51,036 nucleotides of DNA from Candidatus Jordarchaeia archaeon (lineage in GTDB: Archaea; Asgardarchaeota; Jordiarchaeia; Jordiarchaeales; Jordiarchaeaceae): the NCBI GenBank assembly GCA_029856435.1, contig JAHQXB010000035.1, positions 1-51,036 of the forward strand. The letters run 5' to 3'. The notes under the pieces were generated by a model that did not search any database, was not told where the DNA came from, and saw nothing but the letters and a program-made list of their open reading frames with translations. Positions 1 through 9,413 of the stretch are shown in pieces. Each line of letters opens with the position of its first letter. Position 1 is the first letter of the stretch. The position numbers were made by a program, and so were the translations under genes.

Positions 1-450
1 CCGGGAAGACCCCCAACACCAAACACAGCCACATAGTGCTGACAATTCAAAGATGAGCCAAAGACCACTGTTTGAAGCCAACCACAAGCTCCCGAAAATC
101 CCACGAACTACGCCACCACCCAAGCGATGGAATGAACACCCCCCCGGCGATAGATTCGCAAAATCTCTTGTTTTTGGGCCTTTTTTTGGCTGTTCTCAAA
201 ACTGTTTCTCACCACTTAAAGGGGATGGAAATATTAAAAATTGAGGAAAAACACCGATAAAAACCATAAATTATCAGGGAACATAACGGCAAAAAACATA
301 GCAAAGATCCTGCGAATCTATCGCCAGGTTGTGGGCTCCAAGGTGCTCCAATTGTGGGCAAAGATGGATTTTGTGTACTCATCGGGGTGGGTTGAGCCCC
401 CCGGGGTTTGAAGTCGCGAAGGAACCTGGATTTGGGGAGAGGATAACCGA
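1..450 (+). pseudogene. Possible highly degraded TnpB-like (IS200/IS605) C-terminal remnant, interrupted by MITE-A1
   Basis: Fragments in shifting frames resemble the TnpB C-terminus in the expected order: N-H-K-L before the MITE; PRCSNCGQ, RWILCTHRG and RNL after it. The region has stops and frameshifts and no intact ORF. Confidence 0.25.
148..323. mobile_element. MITE family A, copy 1 (176 bp)
   Basis: TIR CGATAGATTCGCAAAATCT / AGATCCTGCGAATCTATCG; flanks CCCGG (143-147) and CCAGG (324-328); near-identical to 21869-22045; no coding capacity. Confidence 0.85.
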
Positions 451-961
451 TTGGAATCACATCATAAGCAGTTCAATCTATCGATAATTTCCCCGAAAAA
501 GGGTTTTGTTCTGGCGTTTCCCTACCTCTATTCCCTTATTGTGGCTTGGGAGAAATGAAAACAAAAACTTTATGTAACTCTTGTGTATAATTTTTTATAC
601 ACTCCAAATAGTTTACCGTTTCCCATTTAGGTGGGGACGTAGTGTAGTCAGTGTTGTTCAAAACATGTTCGTGGTTTTGAACGCGACTAGGCAGCACGGC
701 AGGCTCCAGAGGCTGTGAATATTGGCTGAGCTGACCAGAAGATGATGAACTTCTGGAGCAGTGAGCCAGAGAGACTTGCTAGTCGTGAGTTCAAAGTAGA
801 GAAACAATGTTTCTCTATGGAAATCTCACCGTCCCCACCAATTCTAATTTTTAAACTCCGTGAATCTTCTATGTGGGGCTGCACAAAAGAAATTTTAGTT
901 TAGCTTGGTACTTAAAGGCTTAATATTTTGTTTTTGGAGCTTTGAGGCTGGGTTGAGTATC

Positions 962-1816
962 ATGGAGATTAGCCTTGTTCTTCCTGGATCCTTAGTGGTT
1001 GATGCTCCCGATTTGAGACTTAAGACTTTGAAGGTGGGGCAGATAGGTCGTTTAGCCGCCATTTATAGAGTATCAGAGGTGCTACTTTATGCTGATTATT
1101 CCTTCGATAAGCAGAGAAAAGATCTAGTTCTTGTTAAGGAGATTTTGGACTATATGGAGACGCCTCAGTATTTGAGGAAGCGTCTTATTCCTTCTTCTCC
1201 TCGTTTGAGGTATGCTGGAATTCTTCCACCTCTAGCATCGCCTCATCATCCCCTTCAAGGTAGGAAGAGCCGGCTGCAGGATGGGGAGTTCCGAGAAGGC
1301 GTGGTTGTTAGGAGTGATCGTCGGGAGTGTTTGGTGGATATTGGAGTAGAGCAGCCTCAGAGGCTTCTTGGGGCAAGCTTGCCTGAGGGTACTCGGGTTA
1401 CTGTGAAAGTAGTTATGAAAGATAATAAACTGTACCTAGAGAGGGTTAACCGTAGTGAGATTAAAACTTATTGGGGTTATGAGGTTAGAATTTTGAAGAG
1501 TTCTTTAGCTTCGATTCTCAAGAATCTTCGCCCCGGGTTGATTGTTTTGACCTCCAAGTATGGGGTTATGTTTAGGAGTGTTTCGGAGCAGATTTTGGAT
1601 GGGTGGAGGCGCGAGGGAAGACTTTTCTTAATTTTTGGGGGCCCCCATCGGGGTTTGAGAGAAATTCTTGAGGATGAGGGGGTAACTCCGGAGGAGGTGG
1701 GGGATTTTATGGTAAACTTCATACCACATCAGGGGACAAGAACTGTTAGGACTGAGGAAGCGGTGGCTGCGGCCCTTGCAGTTTTAAATCTATGCCGAGG
1801 GAATGGTTCAAAATAA
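962..1816 (+). CDS. SPOUT-class RNA methyltransferase, DUF171/MTH1 (SPOUT1/C9orf114-like)
   Basis: YMETPQYLRKRL, YAGILPPL..PHH, REGVV, OB-like insert VDIGV, and C-terminal knot FGGPHRGL...NFIPHQGTRTVRTEEAV. ATG 962 preferred over the ORF-track start at 905. Confidence 0.9.
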   Translation: MEISLVLPGSLVVDAPDLRLKTLKVGQIGRLAAIYRVSEVLLYADYSFDKQRKDLVLVKEILDYMETPQYLRKRLIPSSPRLRYAGILPPLASPHHPLQGRKSRLQDGEFREGVVVRSDRRECLVDIGVEQPQRLLGASLPEGTRVTVKVVMKDNKLYLERVNRSEIKTYWGYEVRILKSSLASILKNLRPGLIVLTSKYGVMFRSVSEQILDGWRREGRLFLIFGGPHRGLREILEDEGVTPEEVGDFMVNFIPHQGTRTVRTEEAVAAALAVLNLCRGNGSK

Positions 1817-2041
1817 AATCCCGCTTAACACATGGATTATTGATGTGGGATTTACTCAAACACTTTGTAATATGTTGGATTTTCTTTGGAAATTGCAAAT
1901 TTGTTTTCTTATGCATTGGGGGCTTTATTTTGATTGTTAGTTTGGGAGGTTCAGTAGTCTTGTGAATTATTTAATAAGAAAATTTAATTAGGGACGGTGT
2001 ATTCCTCTACAAAGCAGTGGATACTATAAGGTGATAGTTAA

Positions 2042-2308
2042 ATGAGTTTCAATCCTTACAAGGTAATAATTAGGCCTGTGACTACAGAATCAGCACTTGA
2101 ATTAATAGAGTCCGAAAACAAGTTGGTTTTCCTTGTAGATCGAAAATTTAATAAGGCGAGCATAAAGAGGGCTGTGGAAGAACTTTATGATGTGAAAGTT
2201 GATAAAGTGACTACTCTAATTCTGCCAAGTGGTAAGAAAAAGGCCTATGTGAAGCTTTCACCTGAATACGATGCCATGGATATTGCAACTAAAATTGGCA
2301 TATTCTAG
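2042..2308 (+). CDS. rpl23: 50S ribosomal protein L23 (uL23)
   Basis: [10 protein letters not shown]...ENKLVFLVD...[19 protein letters not shown]...KKAYVKL; 88 aa archaeal length. Confidence 0.97.
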   Translation: MSFNPYKVIIRPVTTESALELIESENKLVFLVDRKFNKASIKRAVEELYDVKVDKVTTLILPSGKKKAYVKLSPEYDAMDIATKIGIF

Positions 2309-2418
2309 GTAAAACTCTTTTTTAAAATTTTGTGTGGACTTGTTTTTATTATGCCAAGGGGGTATTTGTTTTCCCAACATTTTGGTAGGTTGTGGCTTTG
2401 AATATAAAAGATTTGGTT

Positions 2419-3033
2419 ATGGAAATTAATAAGCTGAAGGCCAGTCCGGTAGCGGAGGAAATCTCTAGAAGAATGAGAGAGTTTGAGGAACTTCACGAGA
2501 AAAGTGATTATGAATGGTTTTCGGAGCTTTGTTTCTGTATTTTGACTTCCTATTCTAGTGCTGAGTTGGGGTTGAAAATTCAGAAAGAACTGGGCTATGA
2601 GAATTTTTTAAGGCTTCCTCTAGAAACACTGTGCGACAAGCTCAGAAAGGGAGGACATAGATTTTGGGAAAAAAGAGCAAACTTTATTGTTTGTGCCAGA
2701 AACTTTCGTAATATAAAAGAAATTGTTACAGGTTTCTCTGATGAACGGAAGGCCAGAGAATGGTTGGTTAGAAATATCAAAGGGCTGGGTTACAAGGAGG
2801 CTAGCCACTTTCTGAGGAATGTGGGTTACCGTAATGTTGCAATACTTGATAGACATGTTATTCGGGTTATGTTTGAATATGGGCTGATCAATGAGGTACC
2901 TAAAACTGTGACTAGAAAAAAATATCTAGAATTCGAACAAAAATTGGAGAAGTTAGCTGAAGAGCTAAATTTATCCCTTGGAGAGTTAGACCTCTACATG
3001 TGGTTTATGAAAACAGGTAAAGTTCTGAAATAA
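2419..3033 (+). CDS. ogg: 8-oxoguanine DNA glycosylase/AP lyase (HhH, MJ0724/Ogg2-type)
   Basis: ELCFCILT, HhH motif IKGLGYKEASHFLRNVG, AILDRH, C-terminal LDLYMWF..TGKVLK. ATG 2419 preferred over 2392. Confidence 0.9.
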   Translation: MEINKLKASPVAEEISRRMREFEELHEKSDYEWFSELCFCILTSYSSAELGLKIQKELGYENFLRLPLETLCDKLRKGGHRFWEKRANFIVCARNFRNIKEIVTGFSDERKAREWLVRNIKGLGYKEASHFLRNVGYRNVAILDRHVIRVMFEYGLINEVPKTVTRKKYLEFEQKLEKLAEELNLSLGELDLYMWFMKTGKVLK

Positions 3034-3045
3034 CATTCTTTTTGG

Positions 3046-3891
3046 CTAAATTAAAGAAGCGTAAACTGCTAGAAAGACTAACATTATTGCATAGGATGAA
3101 ATGAGTGCCACCGCTGTTTTTAGCTGATTAAGCTGCCTAATCCCTAGGGCTATTAGAAAAGCCGCCCATAACCAGCAAGCTATTTCTATACTTGCCACGT
3201 TATTCCAAACTGGGGACATAAAAACTAGAGCTATCAAAATCTGTACTTGGAGAGAACTGGCACTGGCTGGAATGAGTATCGTAGGTGAGTTTGTAAATAG
3301 CAATAGAAGTGACACAGCTCTACCTATGAGTACTGGTATGTATGCATAACCCACTATTGATAAGTTCTTCTTGAACCCGCTCTTTTTACCGACTAATCGG
3401 AATGGGAGCCAATAAGCAAAACCAAGAAACAGAAACTGAATAAAGACCAGCAGCATATTTGAAGCTAGTCTACCTATAATCGCTCCATCACCCAAGACTC
3501 GCAGGATCCAATAATCTCCAAAGGGATAAATATGATTCCAAACCGCAGCGTAAAAGAGTGTGAGTATAAGGACGTTAAGAATGTAAATCATGAAGGGACC
3601 TATGGCGTCTGGCGCGCGTGCAACATCATGAAGGGCGGAACTTGGGGCAACTATGGTCTTTGCCATTCGAATCGGAAAAGGCATAGCACTAATGGGTTCC
3701 CTTTCAGGTCTTTTAAGTAGGGGAAGAATTCTCTCTAGTGTTTCCTCTTCTAACCGATAATTACAATTTGGACAAACTTCCTCATCTGGCGCCACAAGCG
3801 CACCGCATTTTGGGCAACTCACAACAATCACTTCATTGCCTTTGAACAAATCAATTAACTTCTCAAATCTAATATTTTTGAGGGGGAGCAT
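3046..3891 (-). CDS. Zinc-ribbon plus Yip1-domain membrane protein
   Basis: N-terminal CPKCG...CPNC; Yip1-like start (TIVAPSSALHDV); about 5 hydrophobic helices with FKKNLSIVGYAYIP. Confidence 0.7.
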   Translation of the reverse strand: MLPLKNIRFEKLIDLFKGNEVIVVSCPKCGALVAPDEEVCPNCNYRLEEETLERILPLLKRPEREPISAMPFPIRMAKTIVAPSSALHDVARAPDAIGPFMIYILNVLILTLFYAAVWNHIYPFGDYWILRVLGDGAIIGRLASNMLLVFIQFLFLGFAYWLPFRLVGKKSGFKKNLSIVGYAYIPVLIGRAVSLLLLFTNSPTILIPASASSLQVQILIALVFMSPVWNNVASIEIACWLWAAFLIALGIRQLNQLKTAVALISSYAIMLVFLAVYASLI

Positions 3892-4031
3892 AAGTTAGCG
3901 ATGGAAAACTGCTTTCCCAATTAAACATTCACTTTGTAGGATATAAACTATTATGACTTTATCTAAATTAAATATTCCCCATTTTTGAAACTTAATTAAT
4001 TGGTAAAATTACCTACCTTTTTTCTATTTAA

Positions 4032-4245
4032 TGCCAACCGTTCTGACCCCGCGTTAACTTCCGTAGCTTTGGGTCTTCCTCCCCCGGTTTTATGGGGGCT
4101 TTCGCCCGGGGAACGGTTGAAGCTGGCGCATCTCTCCTGCTTTCAGTGAGGGATGTTCCCAGTTGTGGTCCTGCCCTGTTTGGGCTTTTTCGAACTTCCC
4201 GCACTCCGGGTTTTGGCTTGAATCAGCTGTCCGACACATGTGTGT
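4032..4245 (-). ncRNA. Candidate structured non-coding RNA, family unassigned
   Basis: GC-rich island in AT-rich intergenic DNA. Outer stem CAACCGTTC (4035-4043) / GAACGGTTG (4111-4119); GGC-GAAA-GCC GNRA hairpin on the minus strand; BRE/TATA-like GAAAAACC-ATTAAAT at 4282-4268. Confidence 0.3.
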
Positions 4246-4659
4246 GGTTGTTTTTGAAGAATTATGGATTTAATGGTTTTTCTTTAACGTTAACAGTTGG
4301 AAGTTAACAAACTTTCTAAATAGAAGCAGTTTTAACACCCCAAAAATGACCCCAAACTATACTTGCCTAGACCTCTTAGTTAGTCCACTTCCCTTTTATT
4401 TCCCCTTTAAAATATAGGCTCTCGCTAGCATTTCAAAAAGGAGGCAGTTGATAGAAGGCGTCTTGGTTCCGCTTTTAAATCAAGGGCAGTACTTTTCTTA
4501 ACAGTTCTACCTGAACGGATATATTTACTTCTAGTTTAGGACAAAACAAATATGTCAACTAGTATAAAAATTAACAGAATGCTTTTGTATAGGTGCTAAC
4601 ATAGTATATTATTAAGTAGGTTAACATTTGAAACTAATTTGTTTCGGAGAAGATGGGTA

Positions 4660-5604
4660 ATGGAAAGTATGACGCGTTTATACATAGAAGAAACACGTCC
4701 TCCGATTTCCGACTACCTGTATGAGACAATAGCTGCTCATAGAAAGCTTTACAGGAAACTCGCTCTGACCGGTGGAACTGTGAAAAGACTTAGAGACACC
4801 TTGAGTGCTAGTGATATTCATGATATGCTGAGTGGTAAGAAAGGAGAATTGAAACGTCTGGATGTTATGCTTGAAATTTACTGTGATGAGGAGCATGAGA
4901 AAAAAATACTGGACTTTTACAAGGAAACTGTGACCAAACATAAACCGGACAAAGAATTCCTTCAAACTTTAGCCGAAGCTGAACAATTAGGAAGCGCTCC
5001 TTCCCTAAAGATGGGACTCAGTTGGAGCAACATAAATTTTAATGCCCAAAAGTTTACCGAAGAACTCTACGAAATAGCTGACACCACATTTCTAATAAAC
5101 TTTGAATTAGAGCTGGATAAAAATCTTGTCACCGCAACAAAAATGTCCTATCCCATAATCGATGAGAAACAAAACTTCTTCCTAGTTGAGTACATACCCC
5201 CATTCAAAGTAATCTATCCAGATGGGAAAGAAAAAACCTTTATGAAGCTAAGCTCACTAATGGAAGATATCCGCGAAAACCCCCAGTCAACACCCAAACT
5301 ATACGTTATGGGAAACAAAGGCCAATGGAAACCATTAATAACATTTGCTTGGCAATTCGAAGACGGATTAATATATGTAAAAATTCCCTCTGATGACGGA
5401 AAAACTGAAGAAAAAGAATTCATATTAAACCCTTTTACAGGAAACATAGAACTAATCAAAGGAGAATTAAAAATAGAAAAATCTAAAAACCCTCCTCAAT
5501 TCAAACCAGAAAGAATATTCTTCTTTGAGCTAGGAGGAGACGAGCTAGCGAAAGCTAAACCAGAAACGAAACCACCAGCACCCAAAAAGCCATCAAAGAA
5601 ATAA
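4660..5604 (+). CDS. Hypothetical protein with Pro/Lys-rich C-terminal tail
   Basis: 315-aa open frame with protein-like composition; ends KAKPETKPPAPKKPSKK; no family recognised. Confidence 0.75.
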   Translation: MESMTRLYIEETRPPISDYLYETIAAHRKLYRKLALTGGTVKRLRDTLSASDIHDMLSGKKGELKRLDVMLEIYCDEEHEKKILDFYKETVTKHKPDKEFLQTLAEAEQLGSAPSLKMGLSWSNINFNAQKFTEELYEIADTTFLINFELELDKNLVTATKMSYPIIDEKQNFFLVEYIPPFKVIYPDGKEKTFMKLSSLMEDIRENPQSTPKLYVMGNKGQWKPLITFAWQFEDGLIYVKIPSDDGKTEEKEFILNPFTGNIELIKGELKIEKSKNPPQFKPERIFFFELGGDELAKAKPETKPPAPKKPSKK

Positions 5605-5667
5605 AAATGAACATTTACACACGGTGCCTAAAAAGCCAGCTTTCGTGTAACCTTCTATAATCAATGT

Positions 5668-6132
5668 TCACTCTTCAAACCATTGTGAATCCAAATACTC
5701 ATCTATATCTAAACTTACCCACTCATTTTTTTCTCCATAAAGCTGTTTTTCATGTAAAACTCTTACAAAGCTTATTGATCTACAGGTAAAACAATAAACC
5801 TCAAACACAACTCCATCAACTATTTCAAACCATATCTCGCCCCTATCACTAACCGTTCCACTACCAACACTCAATCTTATTATTTCTCCATTAGAAGCCA
5901 GATGCTTATCCAAAATAGACTCCACCATGTCAGCTATGTAAGAAACAAACTCCGAAAGCTGAGATTTATCCTTTAAATAGATATTAGTAGTCCAGATAAT
6001 TGCATTCTCCTTTTTTTTACACTTAAACTTCGCCTCCATCAATAGCCTACTATCCCCCCTCAAAATATTTCCGACTTCACTACTTATCTCGCTACTTAAT
6101 AAATCGTGTTTACCTACCACAAAACCCACCAC
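5668..6132 (-). CDS. Hypothetical protein
   Basis: 154-aa ORF convergent with 4660-5604 and filling the gap; no family recognised. Confidence 0.6.
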   Translation of the reverse strand: MVGFVVGKHDLLSSEISSEVGNILRGDSRLLMEAKFKCKKKENAIIWTTNIYLKDKSQLSEFVSYIADMVESILDKHLASNGEIIRLSVGSGTVSDRGEIWFEIVDGVVFEVYCFTCRSISFVRVLHEKQLYGEKNEWVSLDIDEYLDSQWFEE

Positions 6133-6296
6133 AATTACCTATAAAAAACAGAATCATAAATTATAAATTTCTACGTTTAAAACCATTACCTAAAAACTAC
6201 TATCCAACGCAAATAATGAAATTCAAAAAATTATTAAGCATTCCCTCCACTGTGCTATGAACAAAAGGAGAAACATTCCAAAATGGAGGTAGTTAA

Positions 6297-7094
6297 TTGG
6301 GTTTCAAAATAGCCGTAGCTGGAAAAGGTGGGGTGGGCAAAACCACCGTGGCTGGGAGTTTGGCACGCCTTTTTGCCAAGGAAGGACTAAAGGTATTCGC
6401 AATTGACGCAGACCCCAGTATGAATCTCTACAAAGCTTTGGGCATACCCCGCGAAAACATGAAAAACGTAAAACCCATATCCGAGATGAATGAACTTATA
6501 GAGGAACGTACAGGCGTGAAGCCTGGCTCCTTGGGAGGGGTTTTCATCCTTAACCCCAAAGTAGCAGATATCCCAGATCGCTTCAAAGTTACAGGTCCAG
6601 ACGGAGTCCAACTGCTAATGATGGGAACAGTTACGCAACCAAGTGGAGGTTGCATGTGTCCCAGCAACGCTCTCATAAGAGCATTACTTTCCCACATGGT
6701 ACTTAAACGAGATGAAGTAGTGATTCTAGATATGGAGGCAGGAATAGAGCACCTGGGGCGGGGAACAGCAAAAGGCGTAGACGCAATGATAATAGTTATA
6801 GAGCCCGGAACAAAGTCTCTAGAATTGGCTAAAAGGATTAAAGAGCTCTCACAGGGAATGGGCGTTCGAAAACTCTACATGGTTGCAAATAAAGTTTCAG
6901 ACGATGAAGACGCTAAATTTTTACAGGAGGCAAGTAGAGAATTAGGAATAGAACTTATTGCCCTAATACCCTACGACCGGGAAATAATCAAAGCTGACCT
7001 ACGTGATGTTGCGCCTTTAGACATTGCACCAAATTCTGAAGCCATGAAGCAAATCGCAAAAATAAAAGACAAATTAGAAAAAAATCTAGCTTAA
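6297..7094 (+). CDS. cooC: CooC/AcsF-like nickel-insertion ATPase (MinD/SIMIBI class)
   Basis: KIAVAGKGGVGKTT, IDADP, GGCMCP metal site, LDMEAGIEHLGRGTA, VANKV. Confidence 0.9.
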   Translation: MGFKIAVAGKGGVGKTTVAGSLARLFAKEGLKVFAIDADPSMNLYKALGIPRENMKNVKPISEMNELIEERTGVKPGSLGGVFILNPKVADIPDRFKVTGPDGVQLLMMGTVTQPSGGCMCPSNALIRALLSHMVLKRDEVVILDMEAGIEHLGRGTAKGVDAMIIVIEPGTKSLELAKRIKELSQGMGVRKLYMVANKVSDDEDAKFLQEASRELGIELIALIPYDREIIKADLRDVAPLDIAPNSEAMKQIAKIKDKLEKNLA

Positions 7095-7109
7095 ATAAGT
7101 TTTTAGAAT

Positions 7110-7646
7110 TCATAAAGGTTGGAAATATTTTTCCGCCATTACTCGAATAGCCTTTTTAATCTTCTCAGGAGCGCCCGAAATAATAACCACTTTGTCATTC
7201 TGAAAATCTATGTTAATATTGTGCTCTTCTGCTATACGAAGTAGTTCTATTTTCGGGGCATCCCTGCTAAAAGTGATACGCACAAAGTCTAATTTCCCAT
7301 CTCTAGGAAGCCATTTAACAAGAGTTTTTTTGCGTGGTGGTGGACATTTTAATGGGGCTTCATCAATTTTTTTCCTCCATAAAGCGACATAGTTCTCTCC
7401 CAGTTCCCGAGCTTCTTCAAATAAGGCGGTCTTCACATTGTTTAATGCGACTTCCAAATCCTTAAGATAGTCATAGTGTATGTGCATTTCTATACTGGGA
7501 GTTTCCTTGTAATGCTCTATAATGAAACGCGTATACCTCAAATTTTCGGCTATACTAGAGGAAACTTTTATCCTTTTAGATTTAAGATCTCCAAGCATAT
7601 CGTTAAGCACATACCACTCATTCTCAAAAACTGACAAGTTTTCCAT
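7110..7646 (-). CDS. DUF2096-family archaeal protein
   Basis: N-terminal W.VL.DML.DL...I.V....ENLR pattern; C-terminal ferredoxin-like segment with ISGAPEKIKKAIRVMA. Confidence 0.65.
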   Translation of the reverse strand: MENLSVFENEWYVLNDMLGDLKSKRIKVSSSIAENLRYTRFIIEHYKETPSIEMHIHYDYLKDLEVALNNVKTALFEEARELGENYVALWRKKIDEAPLKCPPPRKKTLVKWLPRDGKLDFVRITFSRDAPKIELLRIAEEHNINIDFQNDKVVIISGAPEKIKKAIRVMAEKYFQPL

Positions 7647-7897
7647 AATTCTTCAAATTAAACAACATATGCTTCAAATAAAAAGTATTTCCTTATGTTT
7701 CTATGGAACTGAAGTTTTTTTCAACTCCTCCTTAAAAAAGGAGCGATTTAATGTCCTCCCCTTTTTGAGGCTTCAAAATAAGTGTTAAAACCAGAATAAT
7801 CCGCATCATCAATTCTCCCCAGGTCTTCCCTCTAAAGAAGTTATGGGCTTGAGGTATCTCCGTTTACTCCAAGAAGCAAAGGTTAGGTATGTTTTTG

Positions 7898-8428
7898 CTA
7901 AAAATCAATGCCTTTTCTGGCTTGTAATCCTTGGGTTACAAAGGGATGCTTTATCATTTTCATCTCGGTGACTAGGTCTGCCATTTCCAGTAGTTTAGGA
8001 TGCATGTACCTGCCTGTGAGAATAACTTCTTGGTGTGGTGGCTTAGCCTTCAATATCTCTATTACATCTTTTACGTTTATTAATTCCATCTCTATAGCCA
8101 CGCCTACCTCGTCAAGTATCAGGATGTCGTACTCTCCCTCCTCAATTGTCTTTTTTGCCAGTGCTAAGGCCTTTTTAGCTTCTTCTATGTCTACTTTTTC
8201 GGGTTCGGCAATTATTTCCGGTCTTCCAAACTGGGTTATTGTGAGATTGGGCCAGTTCTTAGCGGCTTTTATCTCTCCATACTTCACTTCTCCCTTCATA
8301 AATTGAATCATGTGTACTTTGAACCCATGCCCTGTTGCTCTAAAGGCTAATCCCAGTGCAGCTGTAGTCTTACCTTTTCCCGTTCCGTAGTAAACTTGGA
8401 TGAGCCCCCTCGTTAACCTTTGACTCAT
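7898..8428 (-). CDS. cobO: Cob(I)alamin adenosyltransferase, CobO/BtuR type
   Basis: GLIQVYYGTGKGKTTAALGLAFRA.GHG, IQFMKG, ILDEV, EVILTGR, ADLVTEM..IKHP, ARKGIDF. Confidence 0.93.
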   Translation of the reverse strand: MSQRLTRGLIQVYYGTGKGKTTAALGLAFRATGHGFKVHMIQFMKGEVKYGEIKAAKNWPNLTITQFGRPEIIAEPEKVDIEEAKKALALAKKTIEEGEYDILILDEVGVAIEMELINVKDVIEILKAKPPHQEVILTGRYMHPKLLEMADLVTEMKMIKHPFVTQGLQARKGIDF

Positions 8429-8438
8429 TTTTACTCAC

Positions 8439-9413
8439 TTACTCCTCAAATTTTTTGATAAGCGGTTGAATAAGTTTATTTGCGGCAGAGTAGATATTCT
8501 CTTCTTTTGAATAGACCTTTTCTACAAGATTTTTAATTTCTCTATCTTCTTTAAGAAACTTGGAAACGTATTCTTCTACAATCTGCAGCACAATTTCCTT
8601 AATCTTCTTCTCGATGTGGTTTTTCCGTCTCTCCTCAAGTACACCAGTTAGTTCAATATGCTTCCTGTGTTTCTCGATAGACTCCAAAAGTTCTCGGATT
8701 CCCACACCCTCAGTAGCTATAGTGCAGAGAACAGGTGGACGCCAACCAGTTTGCCGAGTGTAAGAATCCAGCGCCAACTCTAATTGAAGTGCCAGTTTGT
8801 CTCCATCCATATCCGCCTTGTTTACTACCAGTATATCCCCAATTTCCATGATTCCCGCCTTCTGAGCTTGTATGGAATCGCCAGCTCCCGGTGTAAATAC
8901 GCAGATTATAGTATCTGCAATTTTCATAATGTCGACTTCGGCTTGCCCCGCCCCCACAGTTTCTATGAGTATATAGTCCTTACCGTAAGCGTCAAATACA
9001 GCAGCAATGTCATAAGTGGCCTTGGAAAGCCCTCCCGAAATCCCCCTAGATGCCACGCTTCGAATGAATATGTCAGGGTCAGAAACAATTTCCCTCATTC
9101 TAACCCTATCCCCTAGGAAGGCTCCTCCTGAGAAGGGGCTGGAGGGATCAATGGAAATTATACCAACGGTCTTTCCCCTATTTCTCATCTCTTGAGCTAA
9201 CTTAGAAATAAGGGTGCTTTTTCCGCTGCCCGGAGACCCAGTTACACCAATGATATAAGCCTTTCCCGTATTTTTATATATGATGTCAAAAATTTCCTTA
9301 GCCTTATCAGGCTCGTTCTCCACGATCGTAATAATTTTTGCAAGCGCGATGCGGTCTTTCTCTATAAACTTTGAGACAAGTACCTGTATACTATCTTCCC
9401 TGCGCATTCTCAA
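8439..9413 (-). CDS. meaB: Methylmalonyl-CoA mutase-associated GTPase MeaB/ArgK
   Basis: IGVTGSPGSGKSTL, IDPSSPFSGGAFLGDRVRM, IETVGAGQAE, GDSIQAQKAGIMEIGD, VNKAD. Confidence 0.93.
   Translation of the reverse strand: MRMRREDSIQVLVSKFIEKDRIALAKIITIVENEPDKAKEIFDIIYKNTGKAYIIGVTGSPGSGKSTLISKLAQEMRNRGKTVGIISIDPSSPFSGGAFLGDRVRMREIVSDPDIFIRSVASRGISGGLSKATYDIAAVFDAYGKDYILIETVGAGQAEVDIMKIADTIICVFTPGAGDSIQAQKAGIMEIGDILVVNKADMDGDKLALQLELALDSYTRQTGWRPPVLCTIATEGVGIRELLESIEKHRKHIELTGVLEERRKNHIEKKIKEIVLQIVEEYVSKFLKEDREIKNLVEKVYSKEENIYSAANKLIQPLIKKFEE

Noticed and set aside
171-190. 17/20 match between MITE-A (TTTTTGGGCCTTTTTTTGGC) and MITE-B (39171-39190)
   Set aside because: Low-complexity T-runs make a chance match likely, and the TIRs and flanking duplications differ.
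53-460. Short ORFs 53-244, 72-260, 209-460 and 21918-22124
   Set aside because: They run through MITE-A sequence and are by-products of the element.
633-689. tRNA-like 5' start GGGGACGTAGTGTAG followed by a hairpin (GTTCAAAAC/GTTTTGAAC)
   Set aside because: No T-arm (GTTCRA) at the right spacing and no acceptor-stem partner; it is only a hairpin of unknown role.
1817-1853. AAATCCC...GGGATTT inverted repeat after the SPOUT gene as a terminator
   Set aside because: Short stem with a long loop; archaeal termination relies mainly on T-tracts, so support is too weak.
4032-4120. 5S rRNA-like CGGAAGTTAA and RNase P-like GAGGAAG motifs
   Set aside because: Motif order and length do not fit 5S rRNA or RNase P RNA; kept only as an unassigned structured element.
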